From positions 1 through 54,232 of the forward strand of contig JBEBBG010000019.1 in assembly GCA_041158505.1 (NCBI GenBank): a DNA stretch of 54,232 nt. The letters are read 5' to 3'. Positions 37,619-46,621 of the stretch are shown piece after piece. The number at the start of each line of letters is the position of its first letter. Positions within the stretch are counted from its first letter, which is position 1. The translations under genes were made by a program, and so were the position numbers. The DNA comes from Candidatus Parcubacteria bacterium (lineage in GTDB: Bacteria; Patescibacteriota; Minisyncoccia; Phycocordibacterales; JAACPR01). Under the pieces are notes generated by a model. The model was not told the origin of the DNA and searched no databases. It worked only from the letters and a program-made list of their open reading frames with translations.

Positions 37619-38857
37619 CTACCACTGCGGGATTCTACAAGCCCCATCGTAAAAGTACTGCTTACCACCACAAATACTAACCGAATTAATCTTGGTTCCC
37701 TTGACTTCGCAGAAACTTATTGGGTAATCATAGGTACAGACCACCTCCCCCGGGTAGCACTGTGGTGCCACGAGCGGTACTCGGGCCTCAGGGTCAGGTC
37801 GTGTCATGATGTACTGAATAAACAGCTGCTGCTCGCTTGGTGTACAGTAACGTGCAGACGAGACAGGTTCCCGCCCAACCGGGCTCGTTGAAGTTCCCGT
37901 TGCGGTTAACCCTCGAGTAAAGAGCTGCTCTTCCCGTGGTTCAAGTGTTGCGGTGAAGGTTGATCGAGCCAACTCTTCTTCCTCTTTTGTTACTGCAACC
38001 GCAACAAAACCAACATCCTCAGCGTACTTCGTAGTATTGGTAAGCTCAAAACGCAGTACTCCAGAACCATTTGTTGCCGCTCGACGAAGTATCGATTTGC
38101 CACACGTGAAGTCATCACGGTTGGTGGTAATTCGTTCAGCAGCACAGGTGAGCGTGTACCTCCAGTACGCAATTGCATCGTCTGGCGTAATACCTACTTC
38201 AAATTTATACTCGTACGAACCTTTTTCTTTATCAGTACTAATCAATCGAGGAAAGAAAAGCATGCTGTGCCCATCGACGGGTGCAGTAACCTCTTCTGCA
38301 CCCGTGCCACGTGGGCGACGCACAAAACGAGTAGTATCAGTGCTTGTCGCTGTCGCTACAGCAGTCGATGTAGTAGCTGTCTCGCTCGTTGCCGCAGGTG
38401 TAGCACATGAAATTTCTTGTATTTTTTGACGAGTAAGCGGACCGGTGTTTCCTGTTCCAGCAACCGTACGAGACGCGACCAATCCTTGCGCAATTTGAAA
38501 ATCACCGACAGCCGCAAAGGTCAGGTTATCGTACGTACCAGAAGGAGTTGCAGCTGTATAGTGCCCCTGCTTCGTCAAAAAGCGTTGCAGTGCGGTTACC
38601 GCTGAACCTGTCATACCGCGCGCCATGTTTTCGTTAAGAACAAGGCATTCATTTGTGGCAAACTCGTCTTGTCGAATCGATGCACCGGTACCGCTCGTTG
38701 CTTGAATTGCCTGCTCGGCAATCTGCGCTTGCTCATCAGAAAGTATTCCGAGTGATCGTAGTAGCTGAATATCGGCAAGTGTTAGCGCGTCTGCAGCGGA
38801 TGCCACAAACAAACCAATGATGAGTATCAGCAATGCACTTACGCGCGTTAGTTTCAT
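37619..38857 (-). CDS. secreted peptidoglycan-binding-domain protein with Cys-rich C-terminus
   Basis: Signal peptide; GSAVTALQRFL...TFAAVGDFQ...GPLTR. Confidence 0.8.
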   Translation of the reverse strand: MKLTRVSALLILIIGLFVASAADALTLADIQLLRSLGILSDEQAQIAEQAIQATSGTGASIRQDEFATNECLVLNENMARGMTGSAVTALQRFLTKQGHYTAATPSGTYDNLTFAAVGDFQIAQGLVASRTVAGTGNTGPLTRQKIQEISCATPAATSETATTSTAVATATSTDTTRFVRRPRGTGAEEVTAPVDGHSMLFFPRLISTDKEKGSYEYKFEVGITPDDAIAYWRYTLTCAAERITTNRDDFTCGKSILRRAATNGSGVLRFELTNTTKYAEDVGFVAVAVTKEEEELARSTFTATLEPREEQLFTRGLTATGTSTSPVGREPVSSARYCTPSEQQLFIQYIMTRPDPEARVPLVAPQCYPGEVVCTYDYPISFCEVKGTKINSVSICGGKQYFYDGACRIPQW

Positions 38858-38891
38858 ATATGCCTATGCTACCTCGTTTTGAGTACGGTGC

Positions 38892-40040
38892 CTACTCAGT
38901 TGCTCCGTCTTTAATGTGCACCATAGTAGACCACTGTGCGCTGCTTCCGTAGAGCACGCCGTCATCACACGCAACGCGTAGTCCGAACGCATACTTAGAT
39001 TCAACAGTATCGAAACCTGCAATGTACGTTGACGGCGTTATCTTTGACGCAATCGTATACGAAGGATTTGCTAGGTACACATCTGCTTCTCCGCTTGTTG
39101 GAATCGAGATATTTCGCTCAAGAAAGTCACCTTCGAGCGAACAGTTGCGCGCATTCTCCGAATCCCATCGAACAGTAACGGTTCGGCTTCCGACTTCAAT
39201 TGCCTTTACGCTTCCTTCTACAAAGTCACCATCTGAGTCTTTAATCTCCATGTACACTTTGACTGCATCTTCTTCTGATGCCCAGAATTCTGGTTCATAC
39301 GCAAAGTCCGAATCCCAATCGAAATCAAGATCAAAATCGAAATCGAGCTCATACCCCCAATCAGGATCATATCCGAGATCAGGATTGTAGCTAAAATCAA
39401 TATCGTATGAAGTATTTGGTTCGTATGAGAAGTCTGCATTGTAATTGTCGAGCAGCTCATTGAGATCGTACCCAAAGAAGTCTCCGGGCCCAGCAACGGT
39501 ACCTAGACCCTCTGCTGATGCTGTACCAGTTGCACTAGCGGCGCTCGCACCACCACATGAGATTGATTTTATTGTTGCGCGTGTCTGTGGACCCGCACTA
39601 CCAAACCCTGTCGTATCTGGAGTTCCGTTAAGAACAATGCCTTCAGCTTTTTGGAAATGTTCCAATGCCTCACGAGTAACTGGTCCAAAGTACGCAGTAA
39701 TATCACCACTATAGTGACCCACCTGCGCAAGGAATCGTTGCAACGCAGCAACCGCACTACCACTCATACCCTCACTCACGTTCATTGAGAGATCGAGACA
39801 ACCTGACGCGTTTGTACCAGCGACGGCTTGCATAACGGTTGTTTGAGTACTCGTTGTTTGCGTCGTGCTTGGATTTCCAGCATCAGAAGCAGCAGCGCGT
39901 GCAGCCGCAATTTTATTTTGTGGAATTAATCCAGCAGCTACAAGCACATCAATGTCTGCCATTGTTAGCGCGTGCACAACAGGTGTACACAAGAAGCTAG
40001 CAACAAGCACCAGAACTGCTCCAAACGTTCGTGCGCGCAT
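38892..40040 (-). CDS. secreted peptidoglycan-binding-domain protein with D/Y/F-rich tract
   Basis: GSAVAALQRFL, YFGPVTREALEHFQ, GPQTR. Confidence 0.8.
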   Translation of the reverse strand: MRARTFGAVLVLVASFLCTPVVHALTMADIDVLVAAGLIPQNKIAAARAAASDAGNPSTTQTTSTQTTVMQAVAGTNASGCLDLSMNVSEGMSGSAVAALQRFLAQVGHYSGDITAYFGPVTREALEHFQKAEGIVLNGTPDTTGFGSAGPQTRATIKSISCGGASAASATGTASAEGLGTVAGPGDFFGYDLNELLDNYNADFSYEPNTSYDIDFSYNPDLGYDPDWGYELDFDFDLDFDWDSDFAYEPEFWASEEDAVKVYMEIKDSDGDFVEGSVKAIEVGSRTVTVRWDSENARNCSLEGDFLERNISIPTSGEADVYLANPSYTIASKITPSTYIAGFDTVESKYAFGLRVACDDGVLYGSSAQWSTMVHIKDGATE

Positions 40041-40051
40041 AGGTTGTATCG

Positions 40052-41626
40052 TTAGAGTGCTACGTTAAAGATTTGTCCGTTTGAGTACTTGTTGTTTGAG
40101 ATAACTCGAATTCGGTAGTTACCAGTTTCACCACTCACCTTTTTACCGTTTGGCTTTACAAACTCACGTGCTTTACCTGGGAAGTTAAAGAGGATTCGAT
40201 CAACATCACCACCTCGGCCCTGGTAGTTTCGCAAGATAAGTGTCGCATTAGTCTTTGGGTGGAAGATTTCAATGTGATTACCAGTTGCTGCAAAGTTTTT
40301 TCCAACAAGATTGATGGCAGTTCCAAATGGTCCTTTTGCGGGTCGGATATCATTGAGAACCGGTGCCTTTACAACAGGGTCAGCGGCTGGAACCGTTGTG
40401 GTGCCATTGCCCGTTGTTGTAGCTGTACCCCCCGTAGTATTTGATGTTGTTGTTCCTGTACCTGAAGTTACTCGTCCACCGATTGAGAAGGTTGCTTCTG
40501 TACCAGCTGAACCCCATGTTTGAATTCCAGCATTTGCACCGGTAACCGTATCGAACTGCAATCGTAGTCCGTTCTCAGGAATTGAGGCATTGAAGTTTAC
40601 CTTATCCTTTGCAAGCTCTGAGCGCTTTGGTACGACGCGGATAGCAAATTTGCTTTCAGTACGAGGCTCAAGCATTGTCTGGTCTCCATCAAGGACAATG
40701 TCGTACGTACTACTTGCAACTTCGTTCCAGCTATTTGCCGCTGCTCGGTTTCGAGAAACAATTCCTTTACCTTGCTTGTAGACATCAATGTAATCAATTC
40801 GCTGTGCTGGGGTTACCTCATCATCGTCGCTTTCGACACGGATTCGAAGTGATGCAAGTGCCGCATTCTTTTCCTTTGGAGTAACGGTGAGCGTCATGAT
40901 ATCTTCTCCTGCAACATCATCAACAACGAGACCTTTGCGAACGTTTACACCAGCAGCAAAACTTGAAACCGTTGAAGATGCGGTTGTTTTAATATCTGCG
41001 CTACCACAGGTATTTTCCTGGATAAACTCTCGGGTGCGTGCGGTAAGTATTCCAGCAGCTTCTTGTGTTCGTGACGTGATGATCTTGTTATCAAGCTGGA
41101 ACTGAATGAGTGCTTGTCGAGTAACTGGACCAAAGAAACCAGTCACGTCTGTACTACTCAAGTAGTTCTTTCGAACAAGCAACCGTTGCAACTGACGAAT
41201 CTCTGGCTGTGCGAGCTCACTATTATTCTCAACAGACAATGCCCGAGTTAGGTAGATACAGCTTCCTGCACCGGTGATCTCGGTCTTTTTACACGTTTTT
41301 TCTGCAATCTTGTCCCGTGTTGGAGCGGTGAGCAAACCTGCCTGTTTTGCTTCTTTTCGATTAATAATCCCTTCGGCTAGCTGGAATGCAATCACAGCAT
41401 CTTTTGTCTTTTTATCGAAAGCTTCGTTTGGTGTTCCCTTGAAATATTTCTGTTTCTTGAGGAATTTCTCGAGCGCGAGCACCTCTTCACTTTCATCACC
41501 TTGTTCAAGCGCTCGGACGATGAGCGTACACTGCGCGCTCACATCCGCCTGTGCGTGTGTAAGCTGCGGCAGGCCAACAAGCGCTGCAATTACGACTAAT
41601 GCGAGACTACCAATGCGAAGCTTCAT
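40052..41626 (-). CDS. secreted protein with two peptidoglycan-binding domains and a C-terminal IPT/TIG-like domain
   Basis: Two PG_binding-like repeats, Thr-rich linker, PAKGPFGTAINLVGKNF. Confidence 0.8.
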   Translation of the reverse strand: MKLRIGSLALVVIAALVGLPQLTHAQADVSAQCTLIVRALEQGDESEEVLALEKFLKKQKYFKGTPNEAFDKKTKDAVIAFQLAEGIINRKEAKQAGLLTAPTRDKIAEKTCKKTEITGAGSCIYLTRALSVENNSELAQPEIRQLQRLLVRKNYLSSTDVTGFFGPVTRQALIQFQLDNKIITSRTQEAAGILTARTREFIQENTCGSADIKTTASSTVSSFAAGVNVRKGLVVDDVAGEDIMTLTVTPKEKNAALASLRIRVESDDDEVTPAQRIDYIDVYKQGKGIVSRNRAAANSWNEVASSTYDIVLDGDQTMLEPRTESKFAIRVVPKRSELAKDKVNFNASIPENGLRLQFDTVTGANAGIQTWGSAGTEATFSIGGRVTSGTGTTTSNTTGGTATTTGNGTTTVPAADPVVKAPVLNDIRPAKGPFGTAINLVGKNFAATGNHIEIFHPKTNATLILRNYQGRGGDVDRILFNFPGKAREFVKPNGKKVSGETGNYRIRVISNNKYSNGQIFNVAL

Positions 41627-41756
41627 AAAGATATGAGTTATAAAACGGTAAATGATTATTAACGAAAAGAGGAAGGGGCACAAAGACCCCTTCCTCTCAT
41701 CCTTACCGTTAAGTATACGGCAGTATATTCGTCTCGAAAGCGAGCGCTGTGGAAAA

Positions 41757-42227
41757 CTACTTGAGTTCTACCTTTGCACCTGCCTCCTCGAGCTGCTTCT
41801 TCAAACCTTCTGCGTCTGCCTTTGCAAGACCTGCCTTTACCTCTGATGGTGCATTGTCTACAAGATCCTTTGCCTCCTTGAGACCAAGACCGAGTACTTC
41901 CTTTACCACCTTGATAACTGCAATCTTCTGTGCGCCGCCGTCTGCAAGTACTACGGTAAATGCATCCTGTTCAGCCGCACCTGCGTCAGCACCAGCTGCT
42001 GGAGCTGCTGCGACAGCAACTGCTGACACACCAAACTTCTTCTCAAGAACCTTCACGAGCTCATTAAGCTCAAGAACGCTCATTGATTCTACCTGTTCTA
42101 CGAGTGCAGCAAACTTTGCTGGCACTTCTACTTCTGCTGCATCATCTGCAACTGGTGCAGGAGCTGCTGCTTCCTCAACGGGAGCTGCAGTCTCTTCTGC
42201 TACCACATTCTGTGCATCTTCTGACAT
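41757..42227 (-). CDS. rplL: 50S ribosomal protein L7/L12
   Basis: [18 protein letters not shown]. Confidence 0.97.
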   Translation of the reverse strand: MSEDAQNVVAEETAAPVEEAAAPAPVADDAAEVEVPAKFAALVEQVESMSVLELNELVKVLEKKFGVSAVAVAAAPAAGADAGAAEQDAFTVVLADGGAQKIAVIKVVKEVLGLGLKEAKDLVDNAPSEVKAGLAKADAEGLKKQLEEAGAKVELK

Positions 42228-42254
42228 ATCAGTACGTTAAAATTCCTACAATGA

Positions 42255-42743
42255 TTACGCTGCTTTCTTGTCTGCGTATGCTTTCACAACCATCGCAAAT
42301 CCTTGAATTGGTGAGTTGATAACGTTCACAAACATACCCCGAAGGACATGGAGTGACGGAATCTTCGCAACCTCCTCCATCTCTGTTTTGTTCATGAATC
42401 GAGATTCAAAAACACCACCTACAATTGAGATGCTGTCTTTAAACTCTTTTGAGAACGCAAAGATTTCTCGAGGTGCTGCAGTTGGATCTTCTGAGAAGGC
42501 AACTGCAAGCTCTCCATCAAGTGTTGGCATATTGCCAGCGATGTTTGCTTCACCAAACGCTTTCTTGACGAGCGTCTTTTTTGCAACAAAGTACGAGATG
42601 TTTTGTGACGCAAGTTTTGCGCGCATCTCGCTTGTCTTTGCTACTGGAAGTCCTTTAAAGTTCACGAACACAACCGACGGTTTGTCGACCACGTCTTGAA
42701 TCTTTGAAAAGATTGCCTCCTTTTTTTCTCGTGTAATTGCCAT
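42255..42743 (-). CDS. rplJ: 50S ribosomal protein L10
   Basis: NFKGL, VAKKTL; synteny with rplL. Confidence 0.95.
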   Translation of the reverse strand: MAITREKKEAIFSKIQDVVDKPSVVFVNFKGLPVAKTSEMRAKLASQNISYFVAKKTLVKKAFGEANIAGNMPTLDGELAVAFSEDPTAAPREIFAFSKEFKDSISIVGGVFESRFMNKTEMEEVAKIPSLHVLRGMFVNVINSPIQGFAMVVKAYADKKAA

Positions 42744-42789
42744 AGCAATATGTATGGTTAAGCGTTGTTGGCATCTCCCCTCGTCTAAA

Positions 42790-42915
42790 TAAAAGAGAAG
42801 ACGGCCATGTGCAAGGCCGTCAAACGTAACGCGCCCAGTATTCGGGCTGCGTGCCTAGAGCGGTCTTCTGGTAGACGTCGCTCTCGCAATGTCTGCCTGC
42901 CACTTGTCTTTGGCC
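42790..42915 (-). promoter_or_regulatory. L10-leader-like autoregulatory RNA with attenuator hairpin
   Basis: GCCAAAGACAAGTGG...CCGCTCTAGGC, then GACGGCC/GGCCGTC plus U-rich tract upstream of rplJ. Confidence 0.6.
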
Positions 42916-42971
42916 TTACGTGAACGAGAATACCAGAAAGAGGGCTTTATGGTCAAGCGCGTCTGCACAAC

Positions 42972-44606
42972 CTACGCTTTGTGCAGTGGAAGGGTGATGG
43001 TAAAGGTTGAACCCTTGTCTCGTCCAGCAGAGTGAACCACAACGTCACCACCATGTGCAGTTACAATCTTCTTCGTAATGTAGAGACCATATCCTGTGCT
43101 GTTTACATTTCGGCGTTTTGCCTCTTCCCCGCGGCCACCCTGAGTAAAGAGTCGTCTCATGTCTTCCTGCGTAAGTCCAAGACCAGTATCAGTAACAGTA
43201 AGGACAGCGTTCTTGCCTTGTGTAGTAAGGGCAACCTGCACGACGCCGCGCTCGGTGTACTGAATTGAGTTTTCGATAATGTTTCGAACCGCCTGTGCTA
43301 AGTGGGTCAAATCACCAAAGACGCGCGCTTCTTCTTTTGCCTCAATACTAAGGGTAAGGCCTTTTGCTTTTGCAACTTCTTGTACCTGCGATGTAATGTC
43401 ACTCACTAGTGCACGCAAATCGAGTGAAATCTTTTTAAATTCAACTGTTCCGTCGTGAAGGTTTGCAGCATCGAGCAATGAGCGCACCATGTTGATTGCT
43501 TCTGTGTCTGTTGCGAAACCAGTCTCAACGAGCTCTCGAGCTGGTGCAGGTAGTTCACCGTACTCATTTGTTCGGAGCGCATCAAAGATAATGCGTGTTC
43601 GGTTAAAGAAACCTTTCACCTGGTGATTAATGAAGCGCATCAATGACTGCTGCTGATCATTGGCTTTTTGCAAGCGCACCTTTTGGTGTTCAAGCTCTTT
43701 TACGCTCTTGATGAGCTGCACACCGAAAATGGTAACAAGCACAAGGGTGCCAGCAATCACATATTTCATGTTTTCGATGTTGCGCACAAAGAGCATCGAG
43801 AGCACAAGTACCCAGAGCGCCGCCACGAGCACCTGCGTGCCGAGCACTTTTGTGTTGAACGTCTTGTACTTCACCATGCTATACGCGAGGAAGCCTACAA
43901 AAATCGGAGCTCCAAAGAGGCCGTACTGTCCAATGAGCCAGTTCTCGGTAAATACTTCGAGGATGTTGCCCGCCGAGAAGCTCAAGAGGAAGAGAACAAT
44001 ACCAACCGTGATAAGTGTTGCGCGCTTTCGTGCAATTGCATCTTTACTCTTGAGCCAGAAGTATCCAAAGAATCCAACGATGAGGAGAATGTAGATAAAC
44101 TCAAGCGCGTACCCGTATGTTGCAACGATGCCTTCAACAGCTGCTCGATCACAGTTCGATAAATCGTACCCAAGTAGGCCAAATTTTGTTGGTGTCAGAA
44201 AGAAAGTTACAAACAATGGCGACGCGAAGAGGACTTTCTGCCAGAACGAAAAGTCTCGCTCAAAGACCATCGCATATACAAAGTAGAGCGCAAAGAAGTA
44301 CACAAGCGGCTCCAGAATGATCAGAAACGACCACGCAAACATAGTCATCGGCGGCAGTTCTGTAGCCCAGGTGACTAAATTAAAGAAAATCCAACCACCG
44401 AACGCGGCAACCATAAGTAAAAGAAGTTTATTAGGTAGTCTGTTTTTTCCATTTAGAAAAACAAAGAGTGCGATTAAAACACTTGGAATAAGAGAACCAA
44501 AGTATGAGTAGTAAAGAAGCGGTGAGAAAACATTATCAGAAATTACCAAAAAACTAGATCCATACCATTCGCAAGCTGCAATCGTCTCCGCAATGACGTT
44601 CTCCAT
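42972..44606 (-). CDS. multi-TM sensor histidine kinase
   Basis: FINHQVKG H-box, NIIENSIQYT, DTGLG, GYGLYI. Confidence 0.9.
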   Translation of the reverse strand: MENVIAETIAACEWYGSSFLVISDNVFSPLLYYSYFGSLIPSVLIALFVFLNGKNRLPNKLLLLMVAAFGGWIFFNLVTWATELPPMTMFAWSFLIILEPLVYFFALYFVYAMVFERDFSFWQKVLFASPLFVTFFLTPTKFGLLGYDLSNCDRAAVEGIVATYGYALEFIYILLIVGFFGYFWLKSKDAIARKRATLITVGIVLFLLSFSAGNILEVFTENWLIGQYGLFGAPIFVGFLAYSMVKYKTFNTKVLGTQVLVAALWVLVLSMLFVRNIENMKYVIAGTLVLVTIFGVQLIKSVKELEHQKVRLQKANDQQQSLMRFINHQVKGFFNRTRIIFDALRTNEYGELPAPARELVETGFATDTEAINMVRSLLDAANLHDGTVEFKKISLDLRALVSDITSQVQEVAKAKGLTLSIEAKEEARVFGDLTHLAQAVRNIIENSIQYTERGVVQVALTTQGKNAVLTVTDTGLGLTQEDMRRLFTQGGRGEEAKRRNVNSTGYGLYITKKIVTAHGGDVVVHSAGRDKGSTFTITLPLHKA

Positions 44607-44610
44607 ATGA

Positions 44611-44784
44611 TTATTCTAGGTACGCATTAGCATCAAATTGATTTGGTACTTCTTCTTCAGTTAAGAAATAAGTGAAATCTTCTCGAACAATATATTCAAC
44701 ATAAATCTCAACAACTGCATATAGAAAGGCAACAAACAAAATAACTAGGAAAATTTTTTCTTTTACTTTTCCCTTTTCAACCAT
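44611..44784 (-). CDS. 57-aa single-TM protein (not in the ORF track)
   Basis: MVEKGKVKEKIFLVILFVAFLYAVVEIYVEY...; TAGAAT 7 nt upstream; stop 4 bp before the kinase start. Confidence 0.6.
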   Translation of the reverse strand: MVEKGKVKEKIFLVILFVAFLYAVVEIYVEYIVREDFTYFLTEEEVPNQFDANAYLE

Positions 44785-44835
44785 TGTTTAAATTCTAGCA
44801 CTCAAAAGCAAATGAATGACTATTTATGCACAAAC

Positions 44836-45351
44836 TTACTTTTGTTGCCCCTTTTTTCCGCGCAATCCATGGTGTTTCTCGTATACTTTTTGAAAGTATT
44901 TTGGCACATAAGGCAGATATTTTTCATACGTCTCTAAAGGCAGAGACTGAATAGACTGAATGGTATGTCTATGATTTTCATCTATAGCCGGTTCGCTATT
45001 CTTCATCTTCCAAAACTGATCCTCTTCGGTAATAGAGTAATCAAACGTAAGTTCCTCACCTGCCTGAATATCTCGAAGTGCAACAAAAGTGCATGAACCT
45101 TTAATACCCATATTAGGATTGCACGAGTGGTTAATGTATCTAACCACACCATCTTCCCCCACATCTCTCCACTTATTCTTTCCAACTCCAACCCAATTTG
45201 GTCCAACATCTGAATCTTTCTCAGAAGATACGACAAAATCAACTGGGCAGCCCTTAAGTAGAAAAATAGTCTGTCCACGCTGAAATGACTTTTTTGTAAA
45301 AACGCCCTTCCCTTCAATGCCACTTTGATTAACATATAGGTCTCGTTTCAT
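44836..45351 (-). CDS. SET-domain protein
   Basis: GKGVF, RYINHSCNPN, GEELTFDY. Confidence 0.9.
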   Translation of the reverse strand: MKRDLYVNQSGIEGKGVFTKKSFQRGQTIFLLKGCPVDFVVSSEKDSDVGPNWVGVGKNKWRDVGEDGVVRYINHSCNPNMGIKGSCTFVALRDIQAGEELTFDYSITEEDQFWKMKNSEPAIDENHRHTIQSIQSLPLETYEKYLPYVPKYFQKVYEKHHGLRGKKGQQK

Positions 45352-45378
45352 ACAAAATCTATACCTAAATACTACACC

Positions 45379-46011
45379 TTACGCAACTAAGTGCTTTCTA
45401 CGGCTGTTGCGAATCAAGAATAAAACCCAGGCACACATTATAAAGTTAACTACAGGATAACCAACGGCCCACCACGTATCGAATCTCAAAATGACAGCCA
45501 TTAGCATCACAATATAGGCACATGTCCATACAAACCAAGGTGCAAACGTTTCTGCTTCCGGATCTTCTTTACAGTCTCTTATGACAAAAATGTAAATCAG
45601 AATCGTATCAGCTAGTACGAATATATGTCCTATCTCATTTTGATCAAACATCCACGCAAGGGCAACAATAACAATATCTGCAATAATGAGAAACCAATCA
45701 AATTTTGAAATTTCTCTCCAATCCCACTTACCTCTTGCAAGCGCTAATATAAAGATACCAATAGCTGAAATAGCACATGAAATCGGTAGAATATTTTTAA
45801 TCCAGTCTTGAGCAACAAGTTGATATGAGATAAGGTCGATTCCGTTTCCAACTGCCCACAACATCCAAGCGGCAGGATTTGGGCGGTTATGCCCACCAAT
45901 CATATCTTTAGCGTAAAGAAAATATCCAAAGAACTGAAGAAGACCCGCCAGCGCTGCAACCCAGATCGAGAGTTCAAGACTCTGGAAAAATATATTCACG
46001 TATTCAATCAT
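45379..46011 (-). CDS. multi-TM membrane protein
   Basis: Hydrophobic, with repeated PNPAAW / PEAETFAPW halves; start uncertain. Confidence 0.7.
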   Translation of the reverse strand: MIEYVNIFFQSLELSIWVAALAGLLQFFGYFLYAKDMIGGHNRPNPAAWMLWAVGNGIDLISYQLVAQDWIKNILPISCAISAIGIFILALARGKWDWREISKFDWFLIIADIVIVALAWMFDQNEIGHIFVLADTILIYIFVIRDCKEDPEAETFAPWFVWTCAYIVMLMAVILRFDTWWAVGYPVVNFIMCAWVLFLIRNSRRKHLVA

Positions 46012-46073
46012 GTAACATTTTAATACAAAAGTCAAAGTCACAAAATAGCCATTATTCTGTATACTTAAGCCTC

Positions 46074-46490
46074 ATGTTACTCATAAAAACAGTTGTGAAG
46101 CCGAGCACGGTTCCAGAAGCCGGACTTGGGCTCTTTGCGGACGAAGATATCCCTGCAGGTACTGTCACCTGGCGGTACGCCCCTGGGTTTGATCAGGTCA
46201 TCAACGAATCACGCCTCGCCACCCTCTCTCCCCAAGCCCGAGCGCTGTGCCTTAAGTACGCCTACAAAGACTCGGTTACCGGTGAGCTTATTCTCTGTGG
46301 TGATGATGAGCGCTTCATTAATCACAGTGAAAACCCAAACGTACTCCAGCTTGCGACCGAGCTGCATCCAGAAGGTATCGAGATTGCCGCATGGGACATC
46401 GCAAAGGGAGAAGAACTTTTCTGCAACTACTACGACTTCGACCTCCTTGCCGCAGACAAACTCAAACACACTCCATATAAACGGACGTAG
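46074..46490 (+). CDS. SET-domain protein
   Basis: GLGLFA, RFINHSENPN, GEELFCNY. Confidence 0.9.
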   Translation: MLLIKTVVKPSTVPEAGLGLFADEDIPAGTVTWRYAPGFDQVINESRLATLSPQARALCLKYAYKDSVTGELILCGDDERFINHSENPNVLQLATELHPEGIEIAAWDIAKGEELFCNYYDFDLLAADKLKHTPYKRT

Positions 46491-46535
46491 GTATTTGAGC
46501 AAACAAAAAGATCCACAGGGTTTGAGCTGCCGCCA

Positions 46536-46615
46536 CAGCCGATAGACGGAACGTCTATCGAGCGAGGACCACACAAAAAGCCCGCGAGGTTTACAAACCT
46601 CGCGGGCTTTTTGTT
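46536..46615. repeat. structured element plus bidirectional terminator
   Basis: CAGCCGAT-hairpin-ATCGAGCGAGGACC, then AAAAAGCCCGCGAGGT/ACCTCGCGGGCTTTTT. Confidence 0.7.
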
Positions 46616-46621
46616 TATATA

